Virus record (IMG/VR): IMGVR_UViG_3300045947_000193
Coordinates: 2,384-66,383 of that record
Source: a virus
Reading direction: 5' to 3' (one strand)
DNA length: 64,000 nt
The position numbers were made by a program, and so were the translations under genes. Shown one piece after another: positions 30,048-38,064 of the stretch (position 1 is the stretch's first letter; each line of letters opens with the position of its first letter). The notes below the pieces were generated by a model that was given only the letters and a program-made list of their open reading frames with translations, was not told the origin of the DNA and ran no database searches.

Positions 30048-31853
30048 ATGGCCCGCACACAGTCCCGGCGCCAGCGCCAGCGTATCCGCCAGCTAGAGAA
30101 GGCCCTCAGCGAGGCGAAGCAGGCTCAGAGCCCCCAGGTATGGTATCCCGTGCCCCAGCGCGAGCGCGCGCTAGCCAAGGCCAAGCAAGGCCAGATGCCT
30201 GCAGGCGTGCTCGACCTGGTCAAGCCCGTCTACCAGTCCCAGATTCCCCGGCTCGACCTGTACCAGATACCGGACACCTTTGGTGCGTACCAGAAAGGCC
30301 GCCTGTGGTCTCAGTATGGCGGTGGGGTGTCGTTTGAATTGCTCAGGTTGACCGTGAAGCGGTGCATGCTCATCCAGGCGATACACTCCTGTTGCTTGCA
30401 TGAGCTGTTGCAGCTCACCGCCTATGCCAAGACCCCCCAGGACTTAGGCTGGCGCATAGAGCACCTGGACGCGCACGACGAGACACGCGACACCGACACC
30501 CCCGAGATTCAGGCCCGCTGTGACCGCGTGCGCCGCATCTTCCAGACGCCCCACCCCATCCATGAGGCAACCTTTCCGGGCTTCATCGCACGCGCCTTGC
30601 GTGATCACCTGACGATTAACCGCGTGGTGATCGAACTCATACGCGACCGGCGCAACCGCGTGGTGCAATTTCGCTGTGTTGACGGCGCCACGATCCTGCC
30701 CACCTACCGCGTGATCCAGCGCTTTATTGGTCTGAATGACTCCGTCAACCCGCAGCGCCCGGACGCCTACGAAGTAGGCGCCAAGCTGTTAGAGCAAGAG
30801 ACCGGCATGCCGATCAGGGACAGCGAGTATGTCTGCGTGATCAGGGGAGAGCTGGTAGGGACATTTGCCCCTGGTGAGTTATTGGTCTGGGAGTTTGACC
30901 CGAGCAGCGATATTAGGGACATCTTCCCGGCAAGCTATGTTGAAAAGGCCCTAGAGGGTATCATCAGTTGGTTGCATGCCTTTCATTACAATAGAAACTA
31001 TTTTACTGTGGGCAACCCCATTGAGGTGATTTTAGGTATCTCCGGCGAGATAGAGGATGACTCCTTTGTCACGCTCCAGGAGACCTTACGCGAGAATTTT
31101 TCAGGATTGAAAGGCGCGTGGAGGGTCCCGCTGGTCCAGCTCCCGACCGACCAGACCATGCAAGTGGTCAAGCTCAAAGAGAACCATAAAGACATGGAAT
31201 TTATGCAATGGATGAACAGCCTCATTTCTCTGGTCTGTGCCATCTACCGCAAGGACCCGAGCCGCATCTATTGCCAGGGCATGACGCACCAGGGCACGGC
31301 CCTCTTTGAGCACACCCGCGACAAGGAAATAGAGGCGAGCGAAGAAGAGGGCTTCCAGATCAATAGGGCATTCTTTGGAGAGAACCTGGCCGCCCTGGTG
31401 CGCTTGATTGACACGGACCTCACCTTTACCTGGTCCGGGCTCGACGCCGAAGACCGCAACGCCGAGATGCAGCTAGAGACCCAGGACGTGCAGCACTTCC
31501 GCAGCGTCGACGAAATCCGCCAGCTACGCGGGGACAAGCCGTACAAGCAACCCTGGAGTGAAGTCCCCCTGAACCCGCTCATTTTCCAGGCCGCTGGCAT
31601 CGGCGCCAGCGGCATGCCCCCTGGGATGGAGGGACCAGGAGGGCAAGGGCCACCCGGAGAGTCTGGGGAGGACGATGGCTATCCGGGTGTCCCCCCGGCT
31701 GTACTGGCCAGGCTGAAGCAAGAGCAACAGCAGCAGGGAGCCCCTGGCCAGCAGGCCCAGGGACCGCCCCAGCAGGCCCAGGACGACGACGAAGAGGACG
31801 ACGACGGGGAGCCCATGGGCAAGGCCCTGGCGTGGGAGGAGGTACGCCTGTGA
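30048..31853 (+). CDS. Portal protein (SPO1/Twort-like)
   Basis: IELIRDRRNRVVQFRCVDGATI, YNRNYF..G, FSGLKGAWRVP, KDMEFMQW, SVDEIRQ..G. Confidence 0.9.
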   Translation: MARTQSRRQRQRIRQLEKALSEAKQAQSPQVWYPVPQRERALAKAKQGQMPAGVLDLVKPVYQSQIPRLDLYQIPDTFGAYQKGRLWSQYGGGVSFELLRLTVKRCMLIQAIHSCCLHELLQLTAYAKTPQDLGWRIEHLDAHDETRDTDTPEIQARCDRVRRIFQTPHPIHEATFPGFIARALRDHLTINRVVIELIRDRRNRVVQFRCVDGATILPTYRVIQRFIGLNDSVNPQRPDAYEVGAKLLEQETGMPIRDSEYVCVIRGELVGTFAPGELLVWEFDPSSDIRDIFPASYVEKALEGIISWLHAFHYNRNYFTVGNPIEVILGISGEIEDDSFVTLQETLRENFSGLKGAWRVPLVQLPTDQTMQVVKLKENHKDMEFMQWMNSLISLVCAIYRKDPSRIYCQGMTHQGTALFEHTRDKEIEASEEEGFQINRAFFGENLAALVRLIDTDLTFTWSGLDAEDRNAEMQLETQDVQHFRSVDEIRQLRGDKPYKQPWSEVPLNPLIFQAAGIGASGMPPGMEGPGGQGPPGESGEDDGYPGVPPAVLARLKQEQQQQGAPGQQAQGPPQQAQDDDEEDDDGEPMGKALAWEEVRL

Positions 31854-32695
31854 GACTGCTCCGCGTGTTCCCCCGGCGTACCAAGGCGACCCCAGACGAC
31901 CCCCTGGCCTACGTGGGAGAGCCGGACCTGTTCGCCCAGGGGGACCGCGTGCATATCAGTGTGGCCTTTACCTGGGACAAGCCCTATGCCGAAGCCTTAG
32001 CGCAGAGCTGGCGCCATGTGGCCCCGGTCGACGTGGGGGGTGTGGCCTATGGCGATCCCGGCCATGACTTTGTCCCAGGGAGGTACATCAAGACGGGCTA
32101 TACCTTCACCAGCCGTGGCTGTCCAAGGCGTTGCTGGTTTTGCAGCGTCTGGCGTAGGGACCCTGTGCCCCGGTTGCTCCCTATTCAGGAGGGCTGGAAC
32201 ATCCTGGACGATAACCTCCTAGCCTGCCCGGAGGACCACGTCCGCGCTGTGTTCGCCATGTTGGCCAGGCAACCGCGCCGCGTGGAGTTTACGGGGGGAC
32301 TAGAGGCACTGGCACTCCAGGACTACCAGGTTGACTTGCTCGCCAGTCTGCACCCGCGCCCGACGTGCTTCTTTGCCTACGATCCCGGCGACGCCTTTGA
32401 CACACTCGCCCATGCGGCCCACAGGCTGCTAGAGGCAGGATTTACCAGTGCCTCTCACCGGCTACGCTGTTACGTGCTCATAGGCTACCCCAAGGACACC
32501 TTTGTACTGGCTGAGGAACGTCTCAGCGCGATCAGTGGGCTAGGCTTCACCCCTATGGCCATGCTGTGGAAACCGGAGCACCCGAAGCAAGAGAAGCATG
32601 CCCCCGGCCCGGCCTGGTCGACCTTCCAGCGTCGCTGGGCACGCCCGGCCATCATTCACGCCCGCCAGGGCAGAGAGGTGACCGCGTGGCACTAG
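31850..32695 (+). CDS. Radical SAM protein
   Basis: FTSRGCPRRCWFCSV (CX3CX2C); ILDDNLLA; CYVLIGYP. Confidence 0.85.
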   Translation: MRLLRVFPRRTKATPDDPLAYVGEPDLFAQGDRVHISVAFTWDKPYAEALAQSWRHVAPVDVGGVAYGDPGHDFVPGRYIKTGYTFTSRGCPRRCWFCSVWRRDPVPRLLPIQEGWNILDDNLLACPEDHVRAVFAMLARQPRRVEFTGGLEALALQDYQVDLLASLHPRPTCFFAYDPGDAFDTLAHAAHRLLEAGFTSASHRLRCYVLIGYPKDTFVLAEERLSAISGLGFTPMAMLWKPEHPKQEKHAPGPAWSTFQRRWARPAIIHARQGREVTAWH

Positions 32696-33414
32696 GGCAT
32701 ATCCGCTTCCCAGAGCACGGTAAGCGCATACCCACACGCCATCGCATGCGCGGCCTTTTTGGCATCATTCGCCACATTCCGTTGCTGAATTGGGCTCAAG
32801 GCGTCCGGCTCGTATTTGCGCGGATCAGCATGCCAAAACGTGCCATGCACTTCCACAAGGGTATGCGTGGCAGGCAGATAGAAATCGAACACAAAACGGC
32901 CAAGCGCGTATTGCTGTTGATAGGAGAGACCAGCGGCATCAAACATGCGGGCTACACGGGTTTCCAGTTTGTTCAAGGCTTTGCCTGTTCTGCCGTCTTG
33001 AATTTGCTTAATCGTCAACAACGCCTGAGTTTCACGCGCGCCTGGTGCACTGAATTGGCGTTGAGAGGCTTGACGGAGTTTTTCCACGGTTTCCGGCGTA
33101 TGTGTACGTCCATACATCCCATTGGTTACGCCACGATGACCGAGATAGCCTTGGAGCCCCAATTGCTTGGCACGAAGACGTATAAGCCGTGCAGAACAAT
33201 GCAGATCACGGGCAATTTGCGCCCAACGGTCCCCGTTCTGAAAGCGCTGAACAAGCATGGCGTCAATATCGTCTGGCAGTTTGGTATGTGCCTTGCCAAA
33301 GCATTTGAGCGAACAATACGTGCCTCTCGTTGTGTGCGCATAACATGGCCTGAACTTAAAAAGGAACGCTTGTCCGCAGCATTTACACGTCCGTACTTCT
33401 GTCGTTTTTTTCAT
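32692..33414 (-). CDS. NUMOD3 plus DUF559/Vsr-like homing endonuclease
   Basis: CKCCG..F...YCSLKC; NGMYGRTHTPETVEKLR; FVFDFY...LVEVHGTFWH...D..K...GY....WE. Confidence 0.8.
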   Translation of the reverse strand: MKKTTEVRTCKCCGQAFLFKFRPCYAHTTRGTYCSLKCFGKAHTKLPDDIDAMLVQRFQNGDRWAQIARDLHCSARLIRLRAKQLGLQGYLGHRGVTNGMYGRTHTPETVEKLRQASQRQFSAPGARETQALLTIKQIQDGRTGKALNKLETRVARMFDAAGLSYQQQYALGRFVFDFYLPATHTLVEVHGTFWHADPRKYEPDALSPIQQRNVANDAKKAAHAMACGYALTVLWEADMP

Positions 33415-33537
33415 GCGTGCCACCTTCTTGGCTATGGATAACTGCCGGGCTCCACAGTGAGAAGGCACCGCAGATTTAGGCTAGCTAGGCCAACCCGGCA
33501 TTAGGTTATATTATACCTAAAAGGCGGAGTATAAGCG

Positions 33538-34725
33538 ATGGAATGCTGGCAGATTGGGACAGCAACGCTGTATTGTGGAGATGCGCTTGCTGTGCTCCCC
33601 ATGCTTCCAGACGCAAGTGTTAATCTCATCATCACAGACCCGCCCTACTACCGTGTGAAGGACGAAGAGTGGGACAAGCAATGGGCCAGCGCGGACGCCT
33701 ATCTCAGTTGGCTCAGAGACCTGGCCAAAGCCTGGCAGCGCGTGCTCACCCCCAACGGCAGCCTGTATTGCTTCGCCTCACCCCAGATGGCCGCGCGCGT
33801 GGAGGTAACGCTGGCGGAGGTGTTCCAGGTACTCACGCATATTGTGTGGACGAAGACCGACCCCCAGGGACAGGCTAAGGGCTGGAGTCAGAAGGCCAGC
33901 AAGGAAGCACTGCGGCAGTTTTTCCCGCAGACGGAGCGCATCCTCTTTTGTGAGCAGTACGGCGCCGATGAGGCAGACCAGGCCCTGCGCGCGCGCATCT
34001 TTGCCCCGCTCCGCGCCTATCTGGAGGGCGAACGCCAGCGGGCAGACATTGACAAAATCGCCTGCAATGTGGCGCTAGGCTTCCGGCCTATTGCTGGAGG
34101 CATGGCCAGCCGCCACTACTTCAGCAGCTCGCAATGGTGCTTACCCACGCGCAAGCACTACGCCGCCCTGCAGGACCTGTTCAACCGTCAGGGACGCCGC
34201 CCTCTCCCCAACGTGCACCCGTACCACCCGGCAGACAGCCCGCTCATGGATGACCCGGACGCCGCTTACAGGTATCTCCCGCGTGACTACAACGCCCTCC
34301 TGGCGCACTACCGTTTGCTGGATGCACAGTACCAGGCCCAGCGTGCGCCCGTGCATCGCCCGTTCCAGGTGTCTGCCAGCGTGCCCTATACCGACGTGTG
34401 GACGTTTGCCCCGCTCATGGTCTTACCGGGCAAGCACCCGGCTGAGAAACCGCTCTCTCTGCTGCGCCACATGATCCGCACCTCTTCCCGCCCTGGGGAT
34501 ACCGTGCTGGACTGCTGCGCCGGGAGTGGCAGCACCCTGGACGCCGCGCGTGCGTGTGGCCGTCAGGCCATCGGTATCGAACTCCAGGCCCGTTGGTGCT
34601 CTATGGCCAGTAGTCGACTGCGCCAGCTTGCCCTCTTCCCGGACGTGGACGAATGCACGTACACCGCCATCGACCGCAGCACGGGGATGCACCCCAGGGG
34701 CTTTTTTACCCCGCGTGCACCCTAG
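33538..34725 (+). CDS. DNA N6-adenine/N4-cytosine methyltransferase (beta class)
   Basis: ITDPPY, HPAEKPL, VLDCCAGSGST, IGIE. Confidence 0.92.
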   Translation: MECWQIGTATLYCGDALAVLPMLPDASVNLIITDPPYYRVKDEEWDKQWASADAYLSWLRDLAKAWQRVLTPNGSLYCFASPQMAARVEVTLAEVFQVLTHIVWTKTDPQGQAKGWSQKASKEALRQFFPQTERILFCEQYGADEADQALRARIFAPLRAYLEGERQRADIDKIACNVALGFRPIAGGMASRHYFSSSQWCLPTRKHYAALQDLFNRQGRRPLPNVHPYHPADSPLMDDPDAAYRYLPRDYNALLAHYRLLDAQYQAQRAPVHRPFQVSASVPYTDVWTFAPLMVLPGKHPAEKPLSLLRHMIRTSSRPGDTVLDCCAGSGSTLDAARACGRQAIGIELQARWCSMASSRLRQLALFPDVDECTYTAIDRSTGMHPRGFFTPRAP

Positions 34726-34737
34726 AGGAGAACCGTC

Positions 34738-35115
34738 ATGGCCCGCAATACCGAGGTGGGCATTGTCTATAGCCCCAGCGATTTGCGACCGGAGCGCACC
34801 TGGAGCATCCAGGCGGTCTTTGACACGGCTGGCGGTGTGGCTGGTCTCACATTGCCGCTGGGAGCGCTTGGTGTGGGACTCTATCCGCGCACAAATGATG
34901 TGCGGTTCAGTTTGGACAATCCGCCTGATCCCACGCCCATTGTCACCGCGCTGCCCACGATCCAGGAAGGCATCAAAGCCGCCGAACTCGGACGCGGTGC
35001 GATTGCCAAGGGCAATCAGTGGACGCGGCGCCTTCTGCCGGGAGACAAGCCAGGGTATACGCTCTACGTTCTGGCCGAGAGCGCCAACACCACCGTGGAC
35101 ATTGAGGTGTGGTAA
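34738..35115 (+). CDS. Hypothetical protein
   Basis: RBS GAGGAG; coupled to the MuF gene. Confidence 0.5.
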   Translation: MARNTEVGIVYSPSDLRPERTWSIQAVFDTAGGVAGLTLPLGALGVGLYPRTNDVRFSLDNPPDPTPIVTALPTIQEGIKAAELGRGAIAKGNQWTRRLLPGDKPGYTLYVLAESANTTVDIEVW

Positions 35116-36293
35116 TGGAACACATCCGGCTGAGCCTGGCCACCGACACACCCCCGGACAAGTTTGTCTTGCTGGCCAAGTATTGCCTCACCCGTGCTGG
35201 TGTGCCGTTCGACGCCGCCCCGGAGGCACTCCACAAGGCCACCGGCACCGTGCGCCGCCGCCGTGGTCGACCGCCGACCGGCACCCTGGACGCCGAAGCC
35301 AGCCACAGCCTGGCCACCCCAGGGCTAGAGGCACACTGGCGCCAGTTGGAAGCGTGGGGCAGGACCTGGCCCACGATCCTGCAGGAGGCGCTCAACCGCC
35401 TCATGATCGACACGCCTGTCACTAACGAGCTAGTCAAGGCCCGCGTGTTTGGCTGGCTCATACCGTTCACTGGCCAGCAATGGGCGACGCTCCGCTTTAC
35501 CCTGGACGGTGTGGCGAGCATCGCCCTCGACTGGCTCACCGGGAGGAAGCCCGGCCCGGAATCGCGCCCGCGTGTCGACCCACGCGCCTTCCCGCCTGCA
35601 CTGCGGGATAGCTACGGGAACGCCGCCCGCGCCGGGATGGAGCACGGCGTCCAGGAGACTCCACCGGCACCCCGACCCAGGGCACTGACGCCCGCCGAGC
35701 GCGCCGCCATCAGGATAGCGCAGCAACACGCTGGCGCCCGGCTACGTCCGATCTTTCGGGGACTGAATGACCGCCTGGAAGCGCGCATCCTGGAGCAGGA
35801 ACGCCAGGCCGTCCGTACCCTCATCCCGCAAGCGCTAGAGACCCGGACAGGCCCTATGGCCCTGGCGTCTGCGCTGGCTGACGAAGCCGGAAACTTCGAC
35901 CGAGACTGGCACCGCGTTGCACGCACAGAACTGAGTGAGGCTTTCAATCAAGGTGCCGCTGAGGCACTGATTGCCAGGCATCCGAGCAACCAGGAACGGA
36001 TAGCGAGAGGCGAAGCCCCACAGATTCCTAATGTAAAAGTGTTCAAAATAACCAGCGTCAATGCGTGCCTATCGTGCCAACGTATCTGGTTACAGCCCGA
36101 TGGCACACCACGTCTCTATGATCTTCAGGAGGTAGTGAGCAATCCAAGCAATGATGGTAGGCCAGCCGCTGAGTGGACGGCTCAAATAGGACCAATCCAC
36201 CCAAACTGTACAGAGGGAAGTCTCCTTGAGTATAGCCCGGTTGTGGAGCCCACTTTTGAGCGGATGCGCCAAGAGGCTGCCATCAGGCCGTAG
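35115..36293 (+). CDS. MuF-like head morphogenesis protein
   Basis: RDWHRVARTELSEAFNQG; ACLSC; PIHPNC. Confidence 0.85.
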   Translation: MEHIRLSLATDTPPDKFVLLAKYCLTRAGVPFDAAPEALHKATGTVRRRRGRPPTGTLDAEASHSLATPGLEAHWRQLEAWGRTWPTILQEALNRLMIDTPVTNELVKARVFGWLIPFTGQQWATLRFTLDGVASIALDWLTGRKPGPESRPRVDPRAFPPALRDSYGNAARAGMEHGVQETPPAPRPRALTPAERAAIRIAQQHAGARLRPIFRGLNDRLEARILEQERQAVRTLIPQALETRTGPMALASALADEAGNFDRDWHRVARTELSEAFNQGAAEALIARHPSNQERIARGEAPQIPNVKVFKITSVNACLSCQRIWLQPDGTPRLYDLQEVVSNPSNDGRPAAEWTAQIGPIHPNCTEGSLLEYSPVVEPTFERMRQEAAIRP

Positions 36294-36305
36294 GAGGAAA
36301 AAGGC

Positions 36306-36683
36306 ATGCCGTCCAATCTTGTGCACACGAAAGACCAGGAACGCCACTGGCAGCACGCTAAACAACGAGTACAAGAGCAGTATCCAGAGGTAGGGGAAGA
36401 CAGCGACCGCCATTGGGCGCTTGTCACGTCGATCTATAAGAAGATGTCAGGGCTACGCAAGAACCTCATGCATGATATGCATCCTGATCTACAGCAGGCC
36501 ATCGTAGACCGGACCTGTGCCAAATGTCAGGACCTCCCGCTAGGCGCCAAGGTGGACTATTTACGCAAGATCGTACAGCGGTATAGGGAGTGCGAGCACG
36601 CGCAGGCATTACAAAAAGCCCGCCCGACAGGCCAGCGACGTTACCGGCTGGTGTTATGCGTACCCCTGAGCGTCAAAGGTTAG
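36306..36683 (+). CDS. Small putative internal head protein
   Basis: ERHWQHAK...WALVTSIYKKM; C-terminal LQKARP..RLVL shared with the giant head proteins. Confidence 0.5.
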   Translation: MPSNLVHTKDQERHWQHAKQRVQEQYPEVGEDSDRHWALVTSIYKKMSGLRKNLMHDMHPDLQQAIVDRTCAKCQDLPLGAKVDYLRKIVQRYRECEHAQALQKARPTGQRRYRLVLCVPLSVKG

Positions 36684-36795
36684 AGAGAACCAGCGCGATA
36701 TGTTACAATTAGGACACATAACGAGCGAATCCCGGCGATGCGCCAACACCACCGGGATTCTCGCCATACCGCCATGCATCAGGAGTGCACGCGCC

Positions 36796-37602
36796 ATGAC
36801 TATTGTCCATGATAGCATATCGCCCTTTTCTCGCAGCACCGCGCAAGGAATCTACCGCATTGTCCACCGCGCTACAGACCGCTGGTACATTGGAAGCGCG
36901 GTCAACTTCGCTGCGCGCATACAACTCCATCTGCGACGGTTGCGAGCAGGGAGGCATCACAGCCCAAAGCTCCAAGCCGCCTGGACCATGTACGGTGAGG
37001 ATGCTTTTGCTTTTGAGCTAATCGAAGCCGTCCCCGACCGCGATCTACTCAAGGCGCGCGAACAGTTCTACCTGGACACACTCAAGCCGCATTTCAACAT
37101 CGCGCTTAGTGTCACGGCTCCGATGCTTGGAAGAAAACAAAGCGCGCGCTTTGCGGCTGTACAAGCTGCCCGTCCGCATCCTTCCCCCTCCCCTGAACTG
37201 CGGGCACGCATCAGCGCTACGTTGACGGGACGCAAGAAAGGCCCTGTCCCTCTTGAACGACGCCAACGCATTGCCGCCACACTCAAAGGCCATACGGCGA
37301 GCGCTGAGACGCGCGCCAAAATATCCGCCAATCGCAAGGGATTTACACACACTGAGGAAGCTAAGGCCCGGATACGCGCTTCATCCATTGAGCGTGCACG
37401 CTTTTTTGTTCCTGCCCTTGCTGGAGAAGACAACCCACAGGCCAAGCTCTCATGGAGCACAGTACGGACAATCCGTAGCCGATACCGCCCCGGCGTCGTG
37501 ACACTCAAGCAGCTTGCCCATGAATATGGCGTGGATGGGACGACGATCAGCCTAATCGTGCGCGGGAAAATCTGGAAAGAGGCAATGCTATGCTCAGACT
37601 AG
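36796..37602 (+). CDS. GIY-YIG homing endonuclease with NUMOD3 repeats
   Basis: GIYRI...WYIGSAVN..R...H; SAETRAKIS, HTEEAKARI; GEDNPQAKLS and terminal HTH. Confidence 0.9.
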   Translation: MTIVHDSISPFSRSTAQGIYRIVHRATDRWYIGSAVNFAARIQLHLRRLRAGRHHSPKLQAAWTMYGEDAFAFELIEAVPDRDLLKAREQFYLDTLKPHFNIALSVTAPMLGRKQSARFAAVQAARPHPSPSPELRARISATLTGRKKGPVPLERRQRIAATLKGHTASAETRAKISANRKGFTHTEEAKARIRASSIERARFFVPALAGEDNPQAKLSWSTVRTIRSRYRPGVVTLKQLAHEYGVDGTTISLIVRGKIWKEAMLCSD

Positions 37603-38064
37603 GACCCCGGCCCTGGTGGATACAGGTGGAGTGGAACATACACGATGCGTGGCTAGGGGTGTACTGGTGTTGGAAGGCCGCGTGCTACGCCACCGCGTAT
37701 GGCCTGGTGATGCAGGAGCTACATCTCTATATCTGTGTCCTGCCCTGTGTGCCCGTGCACCTGGTCTTTGGACGCCATGCCCCACGCCCGGACACCCTGG
37801 AGGATGAGGACTATGGTCACGTTTACGGCCACAGGTGACAAGCGCACCTTGATAGGACTCGGACTGACCCGCGCTCATGTGACCCGCCTTATGTCCGGGC
37901 AACCGATCACGAGCCCCCTGGAGGACGTGGGTATCCGAGGCTGTACGTTGTTCCTGTTCTATGGCGAGAGTGACGAGAGTATCCAGGCCGACCTCCGCAG
38001 CCAGGGCGTGACAATCACCCCCACCGCTGCGCCACACTACCAGCCCGCCTAGAGGAGCGCTCCC

